Assembly: GCA_964016885.1 (NCBI GenBank)
Contig: OZ024751.1
Coordinates: 124,001 to 188,000 of the forward strand
Direction of reading: 5' to 3'
Length of the DNA: 64,000 nucleotides
Source of the DNA: Eledone cirrhosa
Lineage: Eukaryota
Position numbers and translations under genes: made by a program. The notes under the pieces are model-generated. The model was not told where the DNA came from. It saw only the letters and a list, made by a program, of their open reading frames with translations, and ran no database searches. Below, piece after piece: positions 52,551 to 64,000 of this stretch; the stretch's first letter is position 1; the number at the start of each line of letters is the position of its first letter.

Positions 52551-53490
52551 CAGATAGATAATGCACCGAGGTATTTAGTCATCTGTCAAGTCGCAACAAG
52601 GACCTCAGACAGATAATACTTTCCTGAAAATGTCTGGAGTACCTAAAAAGGCCACCTTTTGTATGACACCCAACCTGTATGGTATTTGCACTCAGTTTAA
52701 GAAGTCTTGAAGTTTCAATGGGATTGACCCTAATGCCCCGATCACAACTGGTATCACTTCCACATTACCCTCTTATATTCCAAACAGTCTAGCCAGCTCC
52801 ACTTTCAATTCAGAGTACTTGGTGATTTTTTTTTCAATTTCCTTCCTCACAATATTCGTGTCATTTGCTATGGCTATGTAAATGATCTGACTATTACTGC
52901 TCAATTACTCTATCAGTTTGAAAGTCATAATCCCAGAATATCATTGCTTTCCCATCCGCCTGCATTACTTTACAAGACACATGTTCATACCAATTCTCTA
53001 TGACTTCATATTGGTATTTATGACACAAGCCAACGAAGATATAAACAGACTTTATCATGGCGGCACTTGTATTATTTTTGTGCTAGGCTCTCACATACAC
53101 TTACCAACTGGGTCACATTTTCCACATTCTTTCCACAGAGCCTGCATTTCTGGATGTTATATTCCACCAAATTGTTAGTAAGAGCTTGGGCTTGTGTTAC
53201 AACTATAAGGCCTTCAGTGGCACATTTCAAATCATCTTGCTTGAGCCATGTTCACAATGTTGTTTTATCTTTGATATCCTAGATCTTTTCTTTTCTCTTC
53301 TTTGGTTAAACTCTTCCTTTCCAACCATTTCCACTGCATTTATACCCATATCTTCTACTCTATATTGCAACAACTCATCACTGTTACACTGCTGAGGCCT
53401 ATGCCACCATTCTTTCTCCTCATCTATATACTCTATTAATATTTGTTTCAGGGTGTAAAGCTCCATATAATGTCATTAATTTTCTCGTCT
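52551..53490 (-). mobile_element. R4/Dong-like (restriction-like endonuclease) non-LTR element, C-terminal fragment
   Basis: Minus strand, read by hand: KCRLCGKNVENVTQLVSVC knuckle, KYSELKVEL, VIPVVIGALGSIP, QKVAFLGTPDIFRKVL. Confidence 0.8.
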
Positions 53491-53519
53491 TTTTATCCAA
53501 TTGTATTATTATTATTATA

Positions 53520-53748
53520 AGGGCGGTGGGTTGGCAGAATCAGTAGAGCATTGGACACCATGCTTGCAGTATACAGTTATGTCCCTTTACATTCTGAGTT
53601 CAAATCCTGCCAAGGTTAACTTTGCCTTTCATCCTTATAGTAGGGTCGATAAAATAAAGTACCAGTAATGCATTGGGGTTGATTTAATCAACTTTCCCCT
53701 CCCCCAAAACTGCTGGTCTTGTGCCTATAGTAGAAATCCTTATTATTT
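53520..53748 (+). mobile_element. Full-length tRNA-derived Meta-like SINE
   Basis: Same family as 50020-51245. Confidence 0.85.
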
Positions 53749-55011
53749 ATTATGCAAGCAGGGAAAAGCATGATGATGTAAAAGTAAAATGATGATGATG
53801 ATACTACTGGATCTATACCATCAATAATGTTGGATGTATTTAATTTCTAAAGCATAGGATTGGTGTACCATAGATATCAGGATTATCAGATATATGAACA
53901 ACCATACAAACTGGGAAATTTGCATTTTGATAAATTGATGGCTTGCATAGGAGGAACCCTATAGTTTATGTTAATTACTGACACGTGGAAGTGATTAAAA
54001 ATAAGAAATGTTTAGTATATATGTACATATGACATAGTACAGGATGAGATGTGTGACTATATGTTTAGTATATATGTAGAAATGATATATTTCGGGATTA
54101 TGTGTAGAAATGATATAGTACAGGGTTAGCTGTGTGACTACCACGAAGAAATTCCAAGACAGGGTTCTAATGATGACACTGTCCAATTCACCACCTCTCT
54201 CTCTCTTTTAAACTTTATATCTTCAAATCTGTTGATTTAAAATTAGTTACGTCATTTAAATTAGGATGTGATTCATGTCTGTCTCTCTGTGAATGTATGT
54301 GTGTGGGGAATAGTTCTTTGTGTATTTTTCAAGTGTGTGTGCATATTTGTATCTGCCTGAGTGTGACCCTATGTATCTGCGTGTATCTGTATGTGCTTGT
54401 GTATATCTGTATGTGCCTGTGTGAGTATGTATATGTGTGTATAGCTGTATGTGCCTGTGTGTATAGCTGTATGTGCCTGTGTGTGTGAGTATGTATATGT
54501 GTGTATAGCTGTATGTGCCTGTTTGTGTGTTCCGTTATCTTACCTTATATGAAACTGTCTTTAAACAGACAACTAAAGAGACCCAAGGAATCAGTCTCTC
54601 AGTCTTTATATTGTGATGTCATCACGACTGTATACGTTACCCTTTCTCCCTCTCTCCCCCTCAGATATGTTGGAACTACTTAACATCATTGGCAGTGGTG
54701 TCAGGGTGGGTCACTACCAGCCACTACCTACTGCTGATATTGTCCAATATCAAAAGATTATTATATTATGTGCTACAACTCATCTAACTAGAACAGATAA
54801 CTGTCAAAGATTTATTTCCAGAATTCTATTGGATGAGTGAACCCTTATCTACCATTCCACTTTCTTTCTAAGGTACTTCCCCCTAACACACCTGCTCACC
54901 TTCCTTCCACTGTTATGCCATTAAGGGAGCTGACTGCTCTTCAGAGCTGGCTAATCTTGTGCCATCTCCCCTCAAGTACTCTAAAGTCACTTGTTTCTAC
55001 TTTTCCCCTCA

Positions 55012-55520
55012 TCCATACCATGTTCATCTCCTACAAGGTGCAGGTCAATCTTGAGACTACAATAGAAGATATTTACTCTAGATACAAGGCATTGGTCAGT
55101 CCTGAAGCTATAATAGAAGATATTTACTTAGGTACAAGGCACCGATCAGTCTTGAAGCTCTGGTAGAAGATATCTACTCTAGGTACCTTGCTGTGTTTAT
55201 CCCCTGCAAAGCAATGGTCAGTCTTGAGGCTACAATAGAAGATACTTAGGTACCATGTTGTGTTTGTCTCCCACAAGGCGTTGGTCAGTCCTGAGGTTCT
55301 GATAGAAGATATTTACTCTAGGTACCATACAGTGTTAATCCCCCACAAAGCAATGGTCAGTCACCAGACTACAATAGAATATATTTACTCTAGGTACCAT
55401 ACTGTGTTAATCCCCCACAAAGCAATGGTCAGTCAGCAGATTACAATAGAAGATATTTACTCTAGGTACCATACAGTGTTTATCCCCTACAAGGCATTGG
55501 TCAATCCTGAAGCTACAATA
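55012..55520. repeat. ~72-bp degenerate minisatellite (~7 copies)
   Basis: atagaagatatttactctaggtaccat...ggtcagtc. Confidence 0.85.
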
Positions 55521-56162
55521 TCATCATCATTGTTTAATGTCCATTTTCCACGCTAGCATCAGTGAAACGGGTTGTCCCAATAGAAGCAAGTCAAGTCAGG
55601 TGACTGTCTTGCTCATACAATAGAAGATATTGTTTGCTCTTGGTAACATGCTGTGAGATTAAACCTGAAACTGCATGGTTGCAATGTGAATTTCTTAACC
55701 ACACAACCGTGCCTGCGTCCCCTATATATAAACTGAAGGACATTGAAAATAAATAGAATGCAGATCAATGATGGAAGATGGTATTCCAGTTATAACCATA
55801 CTGTGATTTGAGGGAGAGATAGCTACAATATCTAGTAGGTAGGCTGAGCTTCATCAGCTTTGTATAAAGGTGTTTTTAAGATGATAAAGGGTTTGATTTG
55901 AGGGTGAGATAGCTGCTATTTCTGACAGGTTCAACTCTTGGTACTGTATAATGGTGTTGTATACAGGAGTATCAGTTTTGTAGATAAGAGGTAGTGATAG
56001 CTGCTATTTCTAACAGGCTGGTGTTGAATAACTTGTTTACAGAAGTATCTGTTTTATAGACACATATTAACACACACATGATTTGAGGGAATTACAGCTG
56101 CTACTTCTAGTAGGCTCAACTCCTGGTGTTGTACAACTGTAGTTTACTGTAACTGAACACTG

Positions 56163-56756
56163 AATAATGTCTCACCCTTTTCAAGTAATATCACACCTTT
56201 ATGGAATGTCTTATCTTTGAAATAATATCTCATCTTTATTAAATAATATCTCATCTTTGTCAAGTAATATCTTACCTTTATGAAATAATGTATCACCTTT
56301 ATTACATATCTTACCAGTATGAAACGATATCTCACCTTTATGAAATGATGTCTCACATTTATGAAATAATCTCTCGCCTTTATGAAATAATTGTTTCTAC
56401 TTTTGGCACAAGGCCAGCAATTACCCAAAATGTAACTGGTACTTTATTTTATCGACCCCGTAAGGATAAAAGGCAAAGTTAACCTGGACGGGATTTGAAC
56501 TCAAACCATAAAGAGACGTAACTATGCTAGAAAGCATGGCATTCGACCCTCTACCAATACTACCAATTCACCTCACCCTTATGAAACAATATCTCACCCT
56601 TATGAAACAATATCTCACCTTTATGAAACAATATCTCACCTTTATGAAACAATATCTCACCTTTATGAAATAATATTTCACCTTTATGAAATAATATTTC
56701 ACCTTTATGAAATAATATCTCACCTTTATGAAATGTCTTACCTTTATGAAACAATA
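56163..56756. repeat. 21-bp minisatellite interrupted by a minus-strand SINE (~56388-56570)
   Basis: TGAAAYAATATCTCACCTTTA. Confidence 0.9.
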
Positions 56757-57289
56757 CACTGCTCTAGTTAGATTAGCTGACAGGTAAATTCCTCTTCAGT
56801 GAAATCTCAGATATTGTTAGCTGTAGTTCTTGAGACCTGGCACATGTAGACACACACACTGACACATACACATATTAACACACATGCTGATACAGTCACA
56901 CACACACATATACATACTTGCCTACACACACTCACACTCACACACTGATACAGTTGCACACATGCTGGCACAAATACACATACCCGCAGATACACACTGG
57001 CACACATGCACCCTCACACATATCTGCACATGCTGACACATATACTTTTACACATACTCACACACATACTCACACACACGCTCTCACACATACACAGTCG
57101 CACATGCTGATACACATACTCATACACACTCTGACACACATACACATACTTGCACACACTGACATACACATCCACTTTACACACACACACAGGAAGGAAT
57201 TCTTCAGTCAAGGAGGAGAGACCATTATCACTATAAACTATACATAAGAGGACTGGCATTATTTATCTCAATGTTGTTTGTTGTTGTTC

Positions 57290-57835
57290 CCAGTACTTAT
57301 TAAAGTATCGGTCAAGTGCTGAGGTCAATTTAATCGACTTTCTCCTCCCCAAAATTGCTGGTCATGTGCCAACCATTACAGTTAATAGAGTGGCAGAATC
57401 GGTAGAGCACCGGACAAAATGTTTTGTAGTATTAGGTTACAGCTCTTTACTTTCTGAGTTTAAATCCTACTGAGTCCAACTTTGCCTATCGTTCTTTCAG
57501 GTTTGATAAACTATAGTACCAGTTATGTACTGAGGTTGATGTAATCAACTTCCCTTCCTTGTAAATTGTTGGCCCTATGCCTAAAGTAGGAACCATTATT
57601 ATCATTAGGGCAGTAGATTGGCAGTATTGGTAGAGGGTCGGATGCCATGCTTTGCAGCATAGAGTAACATCCCTTTATGTTCTGAGTTCAAATCCTACCG
57701 AGGTTATCTTTGCCTTTCATCCTTACAGGGACCATAAAATAGAGTACCAGTAACGTACTGGGGTCGATTTAATTGACTTTCCCCTCTCCCCAAAGTGTTG
57801 GCCTTGTGTCTACATCAGAAACTATTATTATTACA
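57290..57835 (+). mobile_element. Tandem Meta-like SINE copies
   Basis: Same motifs as 50020-51245. Confidence 0.8.
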
Positions 57836-57893
57836 ACTACTACTATGTTCTGTTACTCCGAGTTTTAATACTCAAATATGTACATATTTATAT

Positions 57894-58125
57894 ATCATCA
57901 TCATCATCTTACATCCGCTTTTCCCTGCTTGCAAGGGTAGGATGAGTCCACTTCAGCATCTCTCCATTTGTCAGTCCTTCGTCATTTCTTCTGTGAGCTT
58001 CAGCGAACTGAGGTCGGCTCTCACCACCTCTGCCCATGTTTTCCGTGGTCTTCCTCTACTGCGTCCTCCTTCCACTGGGATTACTTGGCACTTCTTCACC
58101 CACCGCGCATCACATGGCCATACCA
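57894..58125 (-). mobile_element. RTE subfamily B 3' fragment
   Basis: Similar to 13226-13470. Confidence 0.8.
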
Positions 58126-58547
58126 ATGCATCATCATCATCTTTGTTTAACGTCCATCTTCCACGCTAGCATGGGCACATATATGTATATATATATAAAC
58201 CTTTTTGTTACCATATTTCTAATGATACTGCCTATTATTTTCAAATAAGTTGTCAAAGAGATGACAACCTGCCTAGTTTTGGTGATATTCATGATAAACG
58301 CACCCAGTACACTCTGTAAAGTAGTTGGTAAAAGCAAGATCATCCAGTCATAGAATACTTGCCAAACAAAAGGTTGGAATGACTTTTCAGCTATGTCAAA
58401 GACATAACAACCTCCCTAGGGTTGGTGACGCTATAAAATGTAATCGGTAGAGCACTCAATCATAAGCAAGATGCCAGCACCACATGAAAGGCTCTGTAAC
58501 CCTTGCTAGCAGGGAAAACTGACAGTAAATGATGGTGATGATAAAGA

Positions 58548-58890
58548 AAACTCTTTAGCATTTACATTACGCTATATTTACTACTATATTTTCAGTCAAG
58601 TCTTTATATCACATAATATCAAATCTACGAGTACTGAGTTACGCCATTTTATGATCTGAGTTAAAATCCCGCCGAGGTTAACTTTGCCTTTCATCCTTAC
58701 GGGGTCGATAAAATAAAGTACCAGTGATGCACTGGAATAATTGCTGGCCTTGTGCCAATTGTAGAAACAATTATTTATTTTGAGAACAATACCTTAACAT
58801 CAGTATAAGTGGCCAGTTACAACCGGTTTGAACAGAAAGAGGTGAGAGAATTCTGGCCTGATACAGGCAGTTTAAATGCTAAAAGGTTAA
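58548..58890 (-). mobile_element. piggyBac-like (TTAA) MITE with nested SINE; further copies at 59477-59745 and ~61790-61939
   Basis: Termini aaccctttagcattta / taaatgctaaaaggttaa; shared internal gttaaggtattgttc.caaaat. Confidence 0.6.
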
Positions 58891-60124
58891 AATAAATATG
58901 TTAGTATCTAGAACTAAAGGTAGTTTCATGTGGGAGGTGCAGGGGTAGGGATGTGGGTATGAAATGTGTTTAAGACACTCCTAAAAATTGGCGTCAGGTC
59001 CTGGCTAAACAAAAGAATGAAAGTGTATTGAGATACAACTAAACCAAGAGAGAAGACAGCTACGATAAACATTCCATAACATCTAGGAACAACAAAGTTA
59101 TACTGACTACAGATAACATAATCTGACCAACTGGTTCTCAAAGTGAGTGCTACCACCACCACCACCATCATCATTGCTGCTGGGGGGTACTTGGACATTT
59201 GGGGAGTACTGGAGGATAAGAGGGTGGCAGGAAGTTATTAGAAAGTAAAGAGGTGGTAGGAAAGGAAAGGGGCAATGAATAGAAATTACCTGTTGCTGGT
59301 AAAGCTGTCTGTCACTTAGTTACACAATAAATGTTTAAATAGGATAAGGAGGATTATTAAATCAGCCCTGTGTGGCTAATAAAGAAATGATTATTAAAAT
59401 TTAATTTTCAGTGCATGAATTTTAAGGGAGTGGGCTGATGCAGCTGAAATATATTCTGTAAAAAAAGTGATATTGTAACCCTTTAGCATTTAAACCAGCT
59501 GTATCCAGCCAGAATTCTCTCACCTCTTTCTGTTCAAACTGGCTGTAACCGGTCACTCATACAGATGTTAAGGTATTGTTCTCAAAATGTATATCAAAAT
59601 CTCATAGATTTGATATTATGTGATGTAATTATGTGAGATAAAGTGTTTACCATGAAAGTAAATATAGAGGGTTAAACAGGCTGTATCCAGCCAGAATTCT
59701 CACTTCTTTCTATTCAAACTGGTTGTAACCGGCCACTCATACCTACGTTGGGGAGGGGTGTTACTATACCCATTTCATCATCATCATCATCATCATCATG
59801 GTCTGTGTTTTTTTTTTTTGTGGGGGGTGGTTACAATATGCAGTGTCTCATCATCATCATGGTCCCTTAATCCTGTTCGGGGTCCTTGGGACACTGCAGT
59901 GTTGTTGAACGCACCAACTACCTCCATCTCTGGTGGTCATGGGTGGGTGTTTGGGCTGTGGCAGAGTTCTTTTCCATCCACTCAGCTATGTTGCCTGACG
60001 ACCCCCCCCCCCCCCCACACACACACACACTGTTGTCTGACCCACCTCCTTCCCCACACTCTTCCTTGGACAATTGTCTAATAGCTTAAAAAAATTGTAT
60101 TAATAATTTGAGAAATTTGAGACT

Positions 60125-60330
60125 AACGACATGTTACGAGCAAAACCAACCGGCAGGAGACCCAGGGGTAGACCCCGAACAAGATGGTTAAATAACATCA
60201 ATGAACTCGGCTGGTTACACTTGGGGATCCAGCTGGATCAGTTCAAGACGGTTACTTCTCACAGGAGCCTCTGGAAGGAGTGTTTGAAGACTCTGCCCTT
60301 ACGACCCTCTCAGAAATAAGTGGGAGAAGA
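60125..60330 (+). mobile_element. RTE-clade 3' fragment (third family)
   Basis: KPTGRRPRGRPRTRWLNNI...W...L. Confidence 0.7.
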
Positions 60331-60577
60331 AGAATTTTGTAGCTGCATAATTTATTATAAACGAAAGTACAGGAAAATATGAATTTAGCTAACAGAGGCA
60401 ATAAAAGAGAAAGTTGACCTCCGTGGGCTCTGAACTCAAAACCTAATGATCTTGAAGAAATCTTTAATGTAAGACATCCTAGCCAACACTTTAATAACTC
60501 TGCCAAATCACTGCTTTTTAAAAAAGTTTTCTTGCCATTTCCTCTTCCTTAAAAACAACAAATGATAATGCTACTGC

Positions 60578-61352
60578 TGGTGGTGGTGAAGATGGTAGTA
60601 TTGGTGGTGGTGATGATAATGATAGTGGTGGTGGCCGTGGTAGTCATGATGGTGGTGGTAGTGATAAGGATGATAGGGGTAGTGATGGCAATAAAGATGA
60701 TGGTGAAGGTGGTAGTGATAGTATTGATGTTGGTGGTGAAGGTGATAGTGATGGTGGTAGTGATAGTATTGATGGTGGTGGTGAAGGTGGTAGTGATAGT
60801 ATTGATGGTGGTAGTGATAGTATTGATGGTGGTGGTGATAGTATTGATGGTGAAGATGGTGATGGGGGTAGTGATAGTATTGATGTTGGTGGTGAAGGTG
60901 ATAGTGATGGTGGTAATGATAGTATTGATGGTGGTGGTGAAGATGATAGTGATAGTATTGATGGTGGTGGTGAAGATGGTGATGGGGGTAGTGATAGTAT
61001 TGATGTTGATGGTGATGGTGATGGTGGTAGTGATAGTATTGATGGTGGTGGTGAAGGTGATAGTGATAGTATTGATGGTGGTAGTGATAGTATTGATGGT
61101 GGTGGTGAAGATGGTGATAGTGATAGTATTGATGTTGGTGGTGAAGGTGATAGTGATGGTGGTAGTGATAGTATTGATGGTGAAGGTGATAGTGATAGTA
61201 TTGATGGTGGTGGTGAAGGTGATAGTGATAGTATTGATGGTGGTGGTGAAGGTGATAGTGATGGTGGTAGTAGAGATTATTTGGGATGGAGGTGGTGGAG
61301 AGATGATGGCAATTACCATGGGTGTGAGAATGGTAGTAGTAATCGTGATGGT
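60578..61352. repeat. (GAT/GGT)n cryptic minisatellite
   Basis: gtgatagtattgatggtggtggtgaag units. Confidence 0.92.
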
Positions 61353-62596
61353 TTGAAAAAGTAAAACAAATTCGAATGTTTCAGAAATTTTTACTAAAAC
61401 ATTTTTTTTAAGCATGTCTGGTATGTCCTGTCCCTGCCCCCTCTACGGGAAGTTTGTTATTAGCAGTTCTACAGTTCTGCCAATATCTGTTCAATGACTC
61501 AGTAGGTTTTTTACTGCTTCAGAAGATATTTCAAAGATTCCAAACTGCAACTTAGAATTACTCAGGATATGTTAGTTTATTAGAGGTGGAGGTTGCAGCG
61601 GGTGTTGCTGGCCATTCTCCATGGCAATACCATCACCATTTTGTCCACATGGTGGGGGGGGGGGGGGGGGGGGCACATACCACTCAGACTGTGTAGTGTC
61701 TGTCTTTTCCTCCTTCTTTTCTTTTTCGTTTCCTTGTTGCCATTTATATTGACTGTACAGTTTTTTATCACATTTTCTCTAAAGTTTAGTTTAAACCAGC
61801 CATAACCAGCTACTCCTACTTATGTTAAGGTATTGTTCCCAAAATAAATATCAAAATCTCATAGATTCAATATTATGTGAGATAAATTATTTACCGTGGA
61901 AATACAATAGTAAATATAATGTAAATCCTAAAGGGTTAATAAACCCTTTTCTGTAGGCAGTGTTGAACAGATGTGGTGAGGAAAATATAAAAATAATTTG
62001 GAACAGGTCTAAAACTTTTAACGTGCCATTCCTCATAAAACTACCTGATGTTAGTGAAAAAATTATAATATCTACTATTTTTTTCTGAATTTCCTCGCCC
62101 TCCAGGGACCCAAATATTATGTCTTCAAAAATATAGCAATACAGAGGCAGTTTTATATAAGGGTCTTGAACATAGGTAGTTTTTTTAACACTATAAGGGA
62201 CAGGGAAGCAATTGACCATGAAAGATGTGAGCACACTGTATTTAAATATATCATTTCTGGTCAGAGTTGGCCATATGTCATACCTTGCTCCGGTGAGGAC
62301 TGTAAATTTGGCAAGGTATTTTACAGCCGGATGCCCTTCCTAGCACCAACCATATTTACAGTGTGGAACTGGATGGCTCCGTTATGAGGAGGGACAGGTC
62401 AGTTGGGCCTGCCGAACCCATCTCACAATGGTACCATATTTTTGAAGCCCGACCCATCACACAGTGGGAGCCATAGTTTTGGAGCTTGGGACTGGATGAC
62501 ACTGATACGAGGAGCCTAACTCATCTCACAGCATAGCCACAGTTTTGGGGCCAGGTACTGGGTGGCGGCCATTCTGGTATGCGATATATATATATA

Positions 62597-63040
62597 TTAA
62601 GGGCAAAATGAAAACACACACACACACGTGCACGCGCACACGCACAGAACAAACAACCAACCAGTAACATGTAAATAAACAAATATAAACACACACTTGG
62701 ATGTAACACATGTGCAAACTAAGCACACAACACACACAAAAACAAGATGGCGTAGGACAGAACAAAGGAGAGGCACAAAAACAAAGAAAAGAATCCCAGT
62801 CACTGAAGAAGTCACAGAATGTGTGACAAAAGAACTTTGACAATATATGAACAATTGTCTGGTTGTGGAACCAACCAACCAACTGGAAATTTATAAATTT
62901 AATTTATAATAAATTGAAGTGAAAGCAACTGGTGCGTGTGTTTCTTATTGGCAACATGACCCTCCCAAAGCATAACAATATCGGTTTCAACACACGTTTT
63001 CAGATAAAGAATCTTGCTAAACAAATTCAGAAACGATATC
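62597..63040 (+). mobile_element. Probable PLE pLTR (family of 10556-11021) with ~60-nt extra tail
   Basis: Reverse-complement similarity to ~10556-10910; TA tracts on both sides. Confidence 0.7.
62799..62841 (+). ncRNA. Minimal hammerhead with G12A change
   Basis: GTCA CTGAAGA A GTCACA gaatg TGTGAC AAAAGAACTT TGAC. Confidence 0.6.
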
Positions 63041-63096
63041 TATATATATATATATATATATATGAGAAAAACCACAGATCCTCCATCTCAACTCTA

Positions 63097-63132
63097 CTTT
63101 CGAAAAGCAGAAGAACTGCGAAACCGGTAAAG
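63097..63132 (+). ncRNA. Candidate minimal hammerhead variant
   Basis: CTT TCGAAAA GCAG aagaa CTGC GAA ACCGGT A AAG; palindromic stem III, U3-A8 plus U4C. Confidence 0.5.
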
Positions 63133-63890
63133 GAACCAAATAAATATATATTTTTTTTTTTAAATAAGACTCCAGTTGCATTTTCGATTTCATCTTTTTT
63201 TCTTTATACGTTCACTCGTGTAGGACACCTCGGTTATTTTTCATTTTGTAAAAAAAACCCACTTTCTAATATATATATAAACTTCTATCATAATTTTATG
63301 TTAAGAATCTTTTTATGTGTTAGAGGAATTTCGCGAGGCAGAACATGATTGCTTTTGGGCCCTACCATTGGGAATGAGAGCCTCTTACCAAATTCAACAG
63401 GACTGAGAGGTTAAGGAAGGTTCTTTAGCTCTCCAGACCCCAGATTGATGTACCAGCTGAACTTTCCCACCACCCTGCCCTACCTACGCTTGTATATGCT
63501 CTGACTTCAAGGATAAAAAATACCTTCAACTGCAAACAACTGCTGCTGTGGTATGGGAAACTGCAGTCTACAGTAGCACACACATGTAGTATGGCATGCC
63601 AACAGAGAGAAAATAAACCATCCATTTCCAATATAAAGCTTTACTCACAACACAACAACCTTTTGCTCACCACCACCATAGCACATTTGTGGAGCAGGGT
63701 TTTACTTACTGTTCCTTCGACACCCTAACTACAATAGTTTCTTCTGTTCCTGTGAAATTATTTACACCAGTATAACACACCTTAACATATTTTAGACATC
63801 ACCCAACCTGAAACTGCCTTTTTTTCTACGATACAATATTGTCACTTATAAAAGTATTCATATCTTTATATTAAAACCTGTCTCATCTAT

Positions 63891-64000
63891 CTCTCTACTG
63901 TAACCTCAACACTGTCTCAACACCACCTTTACTCTAACCTCAACACTGCCTCTACTGTAACCTCAACACTGTCTTAACACCACCTCTACTGTAACCTCAA
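63891..64000. repeat. Short minisatellite running off the window end
   Basis: ctctactgtaacctcaacactg units. Confidence 0.8.

Noticed and set aside
60549-61415. Thr/Ile-rich and Val/Met-rich ORFs
   Set aside because: Trinucleotide-based cryptic repeat

Overview
AT-rich, repeat-saturated metazoan DNA. An octopus/coleoid-type genome is inferred from the SINE, RTE and (TA)n/(TATG)n landscape and is not proven. I cannot support any host protein-coding gene; the long ORFs are microsatellite read-through or transposon-derived. The window contains kilobase (TA)n/(TATG)n tracts, several minisatellites, four large RTE LINE copies carrying a C4HC3 (PHD-like) finger inside the RT region, and fragments of CR1-like, Vingi-like, R4/Dong-like, Helitron, mariner, hAT and piggyBac-like elements. 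It also holds many tRNA-derived SINEs and a permuted 28S rRNA pseudogene. The most striking signal is about 11 type I hammerhead-ribozyme motifs from about 6 different Penelope-like element (PLE) terminal-repeat families, mostly embedded in (TA)n. Several sit in fold-back insertions with ribozymes on both strands and a recurring long-tail/short-tail asymmetry. The largest is a ~4 kb fold-back of a Naiad-type PLE (38081-42130) whose hammerhead has a U3-A8 compensatory core. All motif and family calls were made by eye, without database searches.
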